A stretch of 64,000 bases of DNA. Source: Eledone cirrhosa. Taxonomy: Eukaryota. Positions 17,200 through 64,000 of this stretch are shown piece by piece. The position numbers and the translations under genes were made by a program. Position 1 is the stretch's first letter; each line of letters opens with the position of its first letter. The DNA lies in assembly GCA_964016885.1 (NCBI GenBank), contig OZ024761.1, positions 14,446,001-14,510,000 of the forward strand, read 5' to 3'. A model generated the notes under the pieces. That model made no database searches. It was given only the letters and a program-made list of their open reading frames with translations, and was not told where the DNA came from.

Positions 17200-18075
17200 C
17201 TATTACACTGCTTGTCGCACTATAACACTGCCTGTCACACTATAACACTGTCAGATACACTCTCTATCGCACTATAACACTGTCTGTCACTATAATACTG
17301 TCAGATCAGATAAATTGCCTATTACATTATAACACTGTCAGATACACTATAACACTATCAGTTACACTATAACACTGTCAGATACACTATAACACTGTCA
17401 GTTACACTATAACACTGCCAGATACACTGTCAGTTACACTATAACACTGTCTGTTATACAACACTGGTACTCTATAACAGTCTGTCACACTATGCCACTG
17501 TTTGTCACACTATTACTATGTAACACTGTTACACTACAACAGTGTTTGTCACATTATAACACTGCCTAATACACTGCCCTATTACACTGTATGTTACACT
17601 ATAACACTGTCAGTGTATGTGTATGTTAGCGTGCATGTCAGTGTATGTGTGTGAGTGGGTTAGCGTGCATGTCAGTGTATGTGTGTGAGTGTGTTAGCAT
17701 GCATGTCAGTGTATGTGTATGTTAGCGTGCATGTCAGTGTATGTGTGAGAGTGGGTTAGCGTGCATGTCAGTGTATGTGTGTGAGTGTGTTAGCATGCAT
17801 GTCAGTGTATGTGTATGTTAGCGTGCATGTCAGTGTATGTGTGTGTTAGCGTGCATGTCAGTGTATGTGTGTGTGTGTTAGTGTGCATGTCAGTGTATGC
17901 GTGTGTGTATGTTAGCATGCATGTCAGTGTATGTGTGTGAGTGTGTTAGCGTGCATGTCAGTGTATGTGTATGTTAGCGTCCATGTCAGTGTATGTGTGT
18001 GAGTCTGTTAGCGTGCATGTCAGTGTATATGTGTGTGTGTTAGCGTGCATGTCAGTCTATGTGTGTGAGTGTGTG
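17200..18075. repeat. Two adjacent minisatellites: ~20-bp acactataacactgtcag(a/t)t, then ~28-34-bp gtgtatgtgt..gttagcgtgcatgtca
   Basis: Tandem units directly visible; switch at ~17610. Confidence 0.85.
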
Positions 18076-18229
18076 TAAGTTTGAACAAAGAATGAAAGAG
18101 ATGAGTCAGGTCACCAAAGTGACCTTGGTCAGCTGGTCAGATGTAAATATCCACACCAAGGACACTGACATCATCAATAACCAGTGTCAAGTATGGCCAC
18201 TTGTTGTTGAAATGGAGTGACCAGCTACT

Positions 18230-19120
18230 TTAGTTTTGTGGTTGACCACTAGAAATTGGGTGACTGATGATAGATATAGATATTCTATGGACATACTACA
18301 GAGGTTGACCACTGGAAATAAGGTGACCAGCTACTACTGTTTTGTGGCTAACCACAGTGAGTGACCACTGGAAATTGAGTGACCAACCACTATTGACCTA
18401 TCAATGTATTACAATGGCTGGCTGACCACTGGATACTGAATTATCAGCCATAGGAAATGGTCTTGTGAACATACTACAGTGGTTGACCATTGGAAATTCG
18501 AAGATCAATGACAGGTGTTTTGTGGTCATACTACAGTGGCTGACCACTAGAAACTGAATGACAAATGCCAATGTTTTGTGGACATACTACAGTGGTTGAC
18601 CACTGGAAATTGCTTGACCAATGACAGAAGTTCTATGGACATACTAGAGTGGTTGACCACTGGAAATTGGTTGACAAATGACAAGTTCTATGGACATACT
18701 ACATTCTATGGACATATTAGGGTGGTTGACCACTGGAAATTGGTTGACCAATGACAGAAATTCTATGGTCATACTACATTCTATGGACATACTAGAGTGG
18801 TTGACCGCTGGAAATTGGTTGACCAATGACAGAAATTCTATGGTCATACTACATTCTATGGACATACTAGTGTGGTTGACCACTGGAAATTGGGTGACCA
18901 ATGACAGAAGTTCTATGAACATACTACATTCTATGGACATACTAGTGTAGTTGACCACTGGAAATTGGGTGACCAACTGCTTTTGTTTTGTGGACATACT
19001 AGTGTGGTTGACTACAAGAAATTGGGTGGCAACTGACAGATATTCTATGGACATACTAAGCTCGTTGACCACTGGAAATTGAGTGACCAATAACAAAAAG
19101 AGTTTATGGACATACTACAG
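18230..19120. repeat. Degenerate ~60/78-bp tandem repeat
   Basis: Recurring ttctatggacatactagagtggttgaccactggaaattggttgaccaatgacaga. Confidence 0.85.
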
Positions 19121-19799
19121 TTGAAATACAACAATTACAACAGCAGCAGCAGCAGTAGTAGTAGCACCAATAACAAACAAAGGTATGATAAGGTGGTGGT
19201 GGTAGTGGTGTTCATGATGGTGGTGGTAACGGTGTTGATGATGTTGGTGATGGTGTCTTTAATGAATGCAAGTAGAATACTAGATGTAGTAGTGGTGGTG
19301 GTGGTGTAATTGATGATTGTAGATAGATACTGGATCTGGTGGGGGTGGGGTGGGGCGTCATTATTGTTGGTGGTGGTGGTGGTGGTGGTGGTGGTGGTCC
19401 TGGAGGTAGTCATAAAAAACAACAACAATAACAATAACATCAGCAGATGGTCAAACAGTCCGGTTAGAACGGCGAAACCAGAGTTACAGCTTCTACTTCA
19501 TGTCCCCTTCTTCAAAAACTCAAACAAACCCCACCCCCCACTCCCACCACACCCAACCCCACCCACCCATATACACAAAATGTTCAACCCCATCCCTTTA
19601 AAATGACCAACACCAGCTCTCTCTCTATCTCTATCTCTCTCTCTATCTCTTCCTGTTTTCTCTGTGTACCCACCCTAGCAGCTTCTTCGGTCCCAGAAAC
19701 ACGGAGTGTTCCGGAAATTCCCGGTGACAAAGCCTGGTTAAAAGATCATCAGTAACTCTGGGCAACTACCCCCAAAAAAACAGTCGCCTGTTCAGGGAT

Positions 19800-54129
<34,330 letters not shown>

Positions 54130-55288
54130 CTGGAAATAACAACAATAACAGCAATAACAATAGACTCATAAGTTTCAAAAATCCCTGTATAGTGTGATAG
54201 AAATATATAAATGGCAAAGGATGACAACAACAACAACAACAACAACAATAATCTTAACTATAATAAAGAAAGGAGTGCAGGACTGCGTCCAGAATATATT
54301 TTTTTTACCCCGTTTGTAAAATAAGTTGGATTACTTTGAATAAATAATTGTTTCTACTTTTGGCACAAGGCCAGTAATTATCCCAGTACATTACCGGTAC
54401 TTTATTTTATCGACCCCGTAAGGATGAAAGGCAAAGTTTACCTCGGCGGGATTTGACTTTGCCTTTCATCCTTACGGGTCGATAAAATAAAGTAGCAGTA
54501 ATACACTGGGTAATTGCTGGACTTGTGCCAAAAGTAGAAACAATTATTATCAGGGTCGGACACTATGCTTTGCAGCAAAGGGTTATGGATAATAATGATG
54601 ATGATGATGAAATAGAAGACAACAACAATAACAACAAAAACCACCAATAACAACAACATCAATTAGTTTCTAGTTAATTACAATGAAATCTTGCATCATT
54701 TCCAGTCAGTCTTTGAATTTAGTTTTTTCTAGTTTGTTTGTTGTGTTGTCTTGGGATTCCACTATGTTCTCTCAGCAACAAGAATTGGTTTTGTTTTCCA
54801 AAATGTCAACTTTATCTTTCAATCTGTCGTTCACCAATTTTTTCAATTGACCATTGTATTTTGTCGAACTGTAAAAATTATCTTGAAGAAGAATGCCCAC
54901 AGGACTTTGGTCTGTTAATGTCAGAAAACTTGGCAGCAATTCTCTAGAATTTACTTTGGGGAGTGTCTTTTGTTTCTATGTATTTTTGCTTCTGAAGTAA
55001 GTTTATTTCAACCCTTTTGAAACCAAACAGCCTCATAATGCTCCAGGTTCTGTGTTACAAAACTGTGTGTGTGTATGTGTATATTTTCTGTTGCTTCACC
55101 ATTTTGTTTGTTTACCCTCGCGTCCCCTTTATTTACATGTCCCAACGACTTTGTTTAGCCGTTGCTCGCACCAACCGGAGGTATATGGTCTTTAAAGAAA
55201 TGAAATGCCTATGATGGTTGGAAGATCACTGATGAAGGACAAACTTTTTTCATATGTAACCCATTTGCAACTCCGCAGCGCCCTTATT

Positions 55289-55342
<54 letters not shown>

Positions 55343-55658
55343 TTCCATTATAATTTTATGTAAGAACTGTTGTTAAATACTGTTCCAAACATCAAGTTAA
55401 CAATGGTTTCTGATTTAAGCACAAGGCCAACAATTTTAAGGGAGGGGAAGTCGATTAAATCAACCCCAGTGAATTACTGGTGCTTTATTTTATCAAGTCC
55501 GTAAGGATGAAAGACATAGGAACAGGGCTTAGAAAAACTGAAGGACTGCTACAAAAAGTGAGGGAATCTGAGAGGGGAATATGTTGAATAAAATCATAAT
55601 TAACTAATCCTCCTATATTTTCTTCTACCCAAAGTCAGGAACTTTTCAGCATGCTCTC

Positions 55659-55706
<48 letters not shown>

Positions 55707-56144
55707 AAGAAGGTGTGGTAAGATACCAGGTGCACCATAACTCACCAGAGTACTCAATACTTAGGGTAGTAGAGTGGATAATAAGAAAAGAGTCAGGACC
55801 CCGACGACTGAGCTCTGGCTAGTTCAACAGCTAGATCTAGCTAGTTCGTATCTAGCTGTTGAAACGGCAGGAGCTCAGCCGTCGGGGTCCTGACTCTTTT
55901 CCTATATTTAATATATTATATATATATAATGTTTTTTCCAACAATAAAACTTTAAAAGGATATCTCTAGTCCGCCATACTTTTGTTTTAATCAAATGAAT
56001 ATTTAACTCTGTTCCTGCACCAGCCACAGAATTCATCTTCAACAATGGATGAGTTGCATAACGTAGAGTGCTTTACCTACTATTACATTATGGTTAACTA
56101 AACGGAATAACCAATTCTATCAATTGGTGAACCACAAAACATAA

Positions 56145-56186
<42 letters not shown>

Positions 56187-56344
56187 CATCATCATCATCA
56201 TTTCCCTTTAACATCAATTTTTACACACCTGCATGGGTTAGACGGGTCATCCACGGTGGCAAGTCTGAGCAGGGTTGGCCATGTGTTGCACCTTACTCCA
56301 GCGAGGACTGTAAATTTGGCTGGGTATTTTATGTGCGTGTGTGT

Positions 56345-56739
56345 ATCATCATCATCATCATCATCATTTTATGTCCCCTTTTCCCTGCTTGCAAGGGTGG
56401 GACGGGAACTGATTCTGGCTTGATTTCTACAGCTGGATGCCCTTCCTAACACCAACCTCATTTACAGTGAGTGCTGGGTGCTTTTTTTCCGTGGTGCCTA
56501 CACGACCTCTTTGCAGTGAGTGTTGGATGCTTTTTTGCCGTGGTACCTACACGTCCACTTTGCAGTGGAATGATAGGGACCTCAGTCCCTATCATCTCAT
56601 TTCTACAGCTGAGTAAACTGGAGCAAAGTGAAATAAAGTGTCTTGCTCATGGAAACAACAACACATCACCCGGTCTGAGAATTGAACTCACAACCTTTCG
56701 ATTGCACCCAATGCTCTAACCACTAAGCCATGTGCCTCC
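56345..56739 (-). mobile_element. tRNA-derived SINE family 2 with an internal ~50-bp duplication
   Basis: Reverse complement of the 23840 copy; cagtgagtgy.tgg.tgcttttt..ccgtgg occurs twice. Confidence 0.85.
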
Positions 56740-56744
56740 ATGTA

Positions 56745-56811
<67 letters not shown>

Positions 56812-56953
56812 ATATGTCTGTATGTGTGTTTATATATATATATACATACACACAATGTATATATATGTATATATACACACACACACACACACACATATAT
56901 ATCATCATCATCATCATCATTTTACATCCGCTTTTCCCTGCTTGCAAGGGTAT

Positions 56954-56984
<31 letters not shown>

Positions 56985-57164
56985 AATATATATATGTGTG
57001 TGTGTGCGTGTGTGTGTGTGATGTAGTGCTAATTACATTGTGTATGAAAAATAGACTGGATGGTTGTGTGGTTGTACATGGGACATCATTGATTATACCT
57101 GACACAGACAGACAAAGTCAGACATTTACTATCATCACCACTGATATTAACTCCTAACAGAATA

Positions 57165-58511
57165 CACACACACACACACACACATACTGGCTAGCACAGA
57201 CGTCACACACATACTGGCTAACACACACACACATACTGGCTAGCACAGACGTCACACACATACTGGCTAACACACACACACATACTGGCTAACACACACA
57301 CACATACTGGCTAACACAGATGTCACACACATGCTGGCTAACACACACATACTGGCTAACACACACACATACTGGCTAACACAGACGTCACACACATACT
57401 GGCTAGCACACACACACACACACACATACTGGCTAGCACAGACGTCACACACATACTGGCTAACACACACACACATACTGGCTAGCACAGACGTCACACA
57501 CATACACACATAATGGCTAACACACACACACATACTGGCTAGCACAGACGTCACACACATACTGGCTAACACACACACATACTGGCTAACACAGACGTCA
57601 CACACATACTGGCTAACACAGACGTCACACACATACTGGCTAACACACACACACATACTGGCTAACACAGACGTCACACACATACTGGCTAACACAGACG
57701 TCACACACATACTGGCTAACACACACACACATACTGGCTAACACAGACGTCACACACATACACACATACTGGCTAACACACACACACATACTGGCTAGCA
57801 CAGACGTCACACACATACTGGCTAACACACACACATACTGGCTAACACAGACGTCACACACATACTGGCTAACACAGACGTCACACACATACTGGCTAAC
57901 ACAGACGTCACACACATACTGGCTAACACACACACATACTGGCTAACACAGACGTCACACACATACTGGCTAACACACACACACACACACACAGACACAC
58001 ACAGGTATACATACATCCACACACACACATACACACAGGTATACATACATCCACACATACACACACAGGTATACATACATCCACACACACACAGACACAC
58101 ATACACACAGGTATACATACATCCACATACACACACAGACACACATACACACACAGACACACATACACACAGGTATACAAACATCCACATACACACACAG
58201 ACATACACACAGGTATACAAACATCCACACACATACACACAGACACATACACACACACACACACACACAGGTATACAAACATCCACACACATACACACAG
58301 ACACACATACACACAGGTATACATACATCCACACACACACACAGACATACACACAGGTATACAAACATCCACACACATACACACACACAGGTATACAAAC
58401 ATCCACATACACACACACAGGTATACATACAAACATCTACACACACACACACACACACACAGATATACAGACATCTACCCACACACATACACACACACAG
58501 GTATAGGCATC

Positions 58512-58550
<39 letters not shown>
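57165..58550. repeat. CA-based minisatellites: cacacatactggctaacacagacgtca, then cacacaggtatacatacatcca
   Basis: Directly visible; switch at ~57980. Confidence 0.9.
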
Positions 58551-58551
<1 letters not shown>

Positions 58552-58689
58552 GACACACCAATTATAAACCAATCACCTAACCCTCTCACCAAAATCAATA
58601 ATTAAAAAATTAATCAGAAGTCGAAAAAAAAACAGCAGAAACAACAACAACTACAAAAACTAAAAAAAAACCCATAATTCTTTGTAGTT

Positions 58690-60800
58690 GTTGTAGTTGT
58701 TGTTGTGGTGATTGTATGGTGATAGTGGTGGTGGTGGTAGTGTTGTTGTTGTTTTGGGTGGTGGTGGTAGTGTTATTGTTGTTTTGGGTGGTGGTGGTAG
58801 TGTTGTTGTTGTTTTGGGTGGTGGTGGTGGTAGTAGTGGTGATTGTATGGTGATAGTGGTGGTGGTGGTAGTGTTGTTGTTGTTTTGGGTGGTGGTGGTA
58901 GTGTTGTTGTTGTTTTGGGTGGTGGTAGTGGTAGTAGTGGTGATTGTATGGTGATAGTGGTGGTGGTGGTAGTGTTGTTGTTGTTTTGGGTGGTGGTGGT
59001 GGTAGTGTTGTTGTTGTTTTGGGTGGTGGTGGTGGTAGTAGTGGTGATTGTATGGTGATAGTGGTGGTTGTGTGGTGGTGGTGGTTGTGTGGTGGTGGTA
59101 GTAGTGTTGTTGTTGTTTTGGGTGGTGGTGGTAGTGGTGATTGTATGGTGATAGTGGTGGTTGTGGTTGTGTGGTGATGGTGGTTGTGTGGTGGTGGTAG
59201 TGGTGATTGTATGGTGATAGTGGTGGTTGTGGTTGTGTGGTGATGGTGGTTGTGTGGTGGTGGTAGTAGTGTTGTTGTTTTGGGTGGTGGTGGTGGTAGT
59301 GGTGATTGTATGGTGATAGTGGTGGTTGTGGTTGTGTGGTGATGGTGGTTGTGTGTTGGTGGTAGTAGTGTTGTTATTTTGGGTGGTGGTGGTGGTAGTG
59401 GTGATTGTATGGTGATAGTGGTGGTTGTGGTTGTGTGGTGGTGGTGGTGGTGATGTTAGTGGTAGTGGTGGTGGTGGTGTTAGTGGTAGTGGTGGTGGTG
59501 ATGTTAGTGGTAGTGGTGGTGGTGATGTTAGTGGTAGTGGTGGTGGTGGTGTTAGTGGTGGTGGTAGTGGTGCTGGTGGTGTTAGTGGTGGTGGTGGTGG
59601 TGGTGGTTATGTGATCGATAGTTTAAAGATATAGAATCACTTGAGAATGATACAAGATAAGAAATGAACTGTACAGTGAAGTGTGAACACATACGGTAGG
59701 TGATTGTCTACATAGTTATATATCACCACCACCGCCACCGCCACCACCACCACCACCATCAACACAACCACCACCAATAACACCACCACTACCACCATTA
59801 ACACCACTACCACCACCACCAATAACACCACCACCACCACTGCCACTACTACCATCAACACCACCACCACCATCAACACCACCACTGCCACCATCAACAC
59901 CACCACTGCCATCAACACCACCACCACCATCAACACCACCACCACCATCAACACCACCACTGCCACCATCAACACCACCACCACCACCACCACCAACACC
60001 ATCACCACCACCGCCATCAACACCACCACCACCATCACCATCAACACCACCACCATCAACACCACCACCACTACCATCAACATCATCACCACCACCACCA
60101 CCATCAACACCACCACTGCCACCATCAACACCACCACTGCCATCAACACCACCACCACCATCAACACCACCATTGCCACCATCAACACCACCACTACCAT
60201 CAACACCACCACTGCCATCAACACCACCACCACCATCAACACCACCATCAACACCACCATTGCCACCATCAACACCACCACTACCATCAACACCACCACC
60301 ACCACCATCAACACCATCACCACCACCGCCATCAACACCACCACCACCACCACCAACACCACCACCATCAACACCACCACCACTACCATCAACATCATCA
60401 CCGCCACCACCATCAACATCACCACCACCGCCACCATCAACACCACTACCATCACCACCACCACCACCATTGCCACCATCACTGACATCATCATAACCAT
60501 CACCATCACTGTCATCACTATCATCATCACCAAAACCAGCACCAGCCCCATCATCATCAACATCACCATTGCCATCACCATCACTATCATCACCATCATT
60601 ATCATCATCACCAAAACCACCACCAGCACCATCATCATCATCAACATCACCACTGCCATCATCATCAACATCGCCATCATTATTATCATCATCATCGTCA
60701 TCACCCGAATGTGAACACATATGGTAATTGATTATATATATATACCACCATCATCATCACCACCACCACCACCACCACCACCATTATCATCATCACCATT
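58690..60800. repeat. (GGT/GTT)-rich block followed by a (CAC/CAT)-rich block
   Basis: Trinucleotide-derived low complexity; strand polarity switches at ~59610-59720. Confidence 0.9.
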
Positions 60801-61293
60801 GCCATCAAAAATATGGTAGGTGATTGCCTACAGAGCCATATACCACTACCGTCACATCTGTTTGTTTCCGTGCTAGCAATGGTTGAATAAGTTGTCACAG
60901 ACAAGTACTTAATTAGCCAGTACTGACCTTTTAAAAGGGCCAGGACCTTATCTTATATTCCCACATTTTACAGAGTGTACTGGATGCATTTTATCATGAC
61001 ACCAGCAGTAGGGAAGTCATCTCTTTGACCACAACTGAAGAGCCCCCTCTAGTCCTTGTTTGACAGGTTTTCTGTAGCTGGGTGCCCTTCCTATCACCAA
61101 CAACTTTACAGGGTATACTGGGTGCATTTTATCATGTTACCAATAGTAGGAAGATCATTATGCCATTGACACAACAGAAGAGCCCTTCCTAGTCTGATAT
61201 GGTTTGATAGCCATACTCAAGGGGTGGCTGCCATTATGTATACATATTGTTATACTTTGGGAGGGTCATGTTGCCAATAAGAAACACACGCAC

Positions 61294-61354
<61 letters not shown>

Positions 61355-61384
61355 GTATGCATATATGTATGTATATATGTATAT

Positions 61385-61979
61385 GTCAGGTCACCAGTTG
61401 GTGCTACTGATAACATGTATCCCAGTACAACCTGTCTCATGGTCGGGTCGTTGGCGACTAAACTGGCAACCCCACCAAGGTTTCTTGGTGAGGAGGGTGA
61501 CTTTGGAATCCTGAAGGACTAAAAACAAAACCTGTCAAATGGCAAAGGAGTTCTTAAGAGTCAATGGCCATCCAAAATCACCGGGAGAGATGACCCCTTA
61601 GCCTTTGTCAAGGCAGGATTCTAGGACAAGGAAAACTCTGATATAACAACTGCAACCCTGATGGTATCCAATGATGTTGACTTGTTCTTCTTTTTGGTAA
61701 ATATCATCTTGGTTAAGAGAGTGGGACTGGCTTTGTGCAGTGCCTTTGCTCACTATAACAGCTTCACGGCACACGCATTGCTTTATATCTAGAGATCTCT
61801 CTGCACTTGCCGTCACATGGTACCATGGGCCCAGAACTATGTGTCAGTAATTGTCACAAGTGTAGTGTTTGTACCAGAGTTTTCAAGTCGCTGGCTGGAC
61901 TAAAAAGCGCATCGGTAGGGGTTCTCCTACATGGATATAAAGTAGTGGCCGTACTCGAAAACGAGTTGGCAGCCACCAT
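61385..61979 (+). mobile_element. Non-autonomous RTE-like LINE derivative, longest copy
   Basis: Same body as 1683-2098 plus ~190 bp of extra 5' sequence. Confidence 0.65.
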
Positions 61980-62281
61980 ATATGTATATATCATGGTTTA
62001 GATGAGTTGTCCCATTGTGAGACAAGCCAGATCTGATGACAGTCTCGCTCATACAGAACTGATTTGGGCTTGGTTTCTACAGCTGGATACCTTTCCTAAT
62101 GCCAACTACATTTACAGTGAGGACTAGGTGCTTTTTATAATAATACACACATGACCACTTTACAGAGTGAACTGGGAGATTGTGTGGGGGAGGTGCATAG
62201 GGATTGGAGAAGTAGATCTAGGTGGGGTACTATCTGGTGAAAGGTGAGGGTGTAGGGACATGAATATCGTTGGGGATCATG

Positions 62282-62312
<31 letters not shown>

Positions 62313-62911
62313 TATACACACAAATGTATGTCAGAATGAACCTTGGGCTCAGAAATAACAACAGCAGCAGCAGAAGCAACAAGGGCCAGAGTAACACAAC
62401 ACCATCCTTCCATATTTGTTCCACTACTCTTAACACCACCACCATCATAATCTCCACCATCACCACTACCACCACCACAATCACCACCACCACCATCATA
62501 ATCTCCACCATCACCACTACCACCACCACAATCACCACCATCACCACAATCACCACCACCACCACAATCACCACCACCACCATATTATCTCCACCATCAC
62601 CACTACCACCACCACAATCACCACCACCACCACAATCACCACCACCACCATATTATCTCCACCATCACCACTACCACCACCACAATCACCACCATCACCA
62701 CAATCACCACCACCACCACCACCACAATCACCACTACCATCACTACCACCACCATCACCACCACCACCACCACTGGTCTTTCTACCACCACTACCACCAC
62801 AATCACCACCACCACCACCGGTCTTTCTACCATCACAATCACCACCATCCCCACCACCACCACCACTGGTCTTTCTACCACCACTACCACCACTGGTCTC
62901 TCTAACCTAAC

Positions 62912-63066
62912 CATTACTGCTGCCGCCAAGCTTATGCCACTGTCCAACAGCAACGACAGCAGACCTTTATTGCAGTATAATGCAGCATAAAAGCAACTGC
63001 AGTTTCCATGTGCATCATTATCAGTGCACACATCTGGGTGCACTGCACTGCATGTTGTGTTGGTGG
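62912..63066 (-). CDS. Candidate upstream exon of the PTP gene: (x)TNTTCSAVHPDVCTDNDAHGNCSCFYAALYCNKGLLSLLLDSGISLAAAVM
   Basis: Unique-sequence island between repeats with a strong acceptor (ccccatttctctctacag). One frame is open throughout, and a possible donor ATG|gttagg is phase-compatible with the 54129 exon. No recognisable homology; the donor position is uncertain. Confidence 0.45.
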
Positions 63067-64000
63067 CTGTAGAGAGAAATGGGGTGAGAGAGGAGGGTGG
63101 GAGGGAGGGAGGAATAGGTAGAAGAGGAAAGACAGAGAGTAGAGGAGAGAGGGGGGGAGATGGCAATAGAGGGAGATATAGTGAAAGATAGGAAGGAAGA
63201 GGAATGAAGGAGACAGGGAGGAATAGATAGAGGAGAGAGGGAGAGAGAGAGAGATGATGAGAGAGAGGGAGTGAAAGGGAGGGAGAGAGAGAGGGAGTGA
63301 AAGGGAGGGAGAGAGAGAGGGAGAGAGAGGGGAAGAGAGAGAAAGGAAGGGAGAGAGAGGGGAAGAGAGAGAAAGGAAGTGAGAGAGAGGAAGAGAAAGA
63401 TGAGAGGGTGGGAGAGAGAGAGGAAGTGAGAGAGAGAGGAAGTGAGAGAGAGGGGATGAGAGAGAGGGAGAGAAAGATGAGAGGGAGCAATGGTAGAATT
63501 TCCTGACCGAATTAATGAATGGCTATGAAAGCTGTTGCTCGTATTCGTTAGCAACACCTGTGTTCGTTAGCTTTACTCAAAAGGTCACACAAGTTATGTC
63601 GGATATATACGGATATACAGGTAAAATTACTGCCTCTCGGTGTGTGTGTGTGTGTATGTATATATGTGTGTATATGTATGTGCTTGTGTGCATGAGTGTT
63701 TGTGTATGTGTGCATGTATGTATATTTGTGTGAATATATGTGTGTGTGTGTGTGTGTGTGTGCATGAGTGTATATGTATGTGTGTGTGCTTATATGTATG
63801 AGTGCATGTGAATGTGTATGTATGTGTGTGTGTGTATGCATGTGTGTGTGTGTGTGTGCTTATGTGCATGACAGTATGTGTGTGTGCCTGTGCTTGTGTG
63901 CATGAGTGTATGTGTGTGTGTGTGCGTGTTTATGTGCATGACAGTATGTGTGTGTGCCTGTGCTTGTGTGCATGAGTGTATGTGTGTGTGTGCATGACTG

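Noticed and set aside
54700-55290. Unique-looking sequence as a missing PTP exon
   Set aside because: Stops in all frames after the best minus-strand acceptor; probably a decayed transposon that I could not classify
57180-57975. CRISPR-like repeat/spacer appearance (also 17610-18070)
   Set aside because: Spacers are CA/GT runs rather than unique sequence; eukaryotic context with no cas genes
59637-60720. Gly/Asp-rich and Val/Met-rich ORFs resembling structural proteins
   Set aside because: Trinucleotide (CAC)n-derived repeat open in several frames; no signal peptide or convincing splice sites
62270-62905. His-rich ORF reminiscent of cephalopod beak proteins
   Set aside because: Simple (CAC)n repeat translation without the Gly/Ala-rich motifs or gene structure
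63497-63620. Possible exon (plus-strand donor CAG|gtaaaa at 63620; minus-strand donor at 63508)
   Set aside because: The plus-strand acceptor lacks a pyrimidine tract; the minus frame compatible with the 63066 exon has a TAA; no recognisable homology

Overview
AT-rich, microsatellite-dense animal genomic DNA. The (TA)n content and SINE repertoire suggest an octopus or other coleoid cephalopod (inference). The only well-supported protein-coding gene is on the minus strand: a KIM-family receptor tyrosine phosphatase (PTPRR/PTPN5/PTPN7-like). I reconstructed 12 GT-AG exons by hand from 54129 down to the stop at 19800, about 483 aa: extracellular segment, TM helix, KIM (GLLKRRGSSASLTLDL) and a complete PTP domain. 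The 5' end is unresolved, with one candidate exon at 62912-63066. As written, the WPD exon has one extra G that frameshifts the gene just before the catalytic HCS motif, and the penultimate exon's donor end is tandemly duplicated. Introns and flanks hold two tRNA-SINE families, RTE, CR1-like and CRE-like LINE pieces, hAT and piggyBac-like MITEs, Penelope-like remnants, and many tandem repeats. One intron contains an 11-kb, three-level higher-order repeat array that reverses orientation. Almost all ORFs in the supplied track are translations of simple repeats. I did not find a clearly novel multi-gene system; the findings are structural oddities and testable hypotheses.
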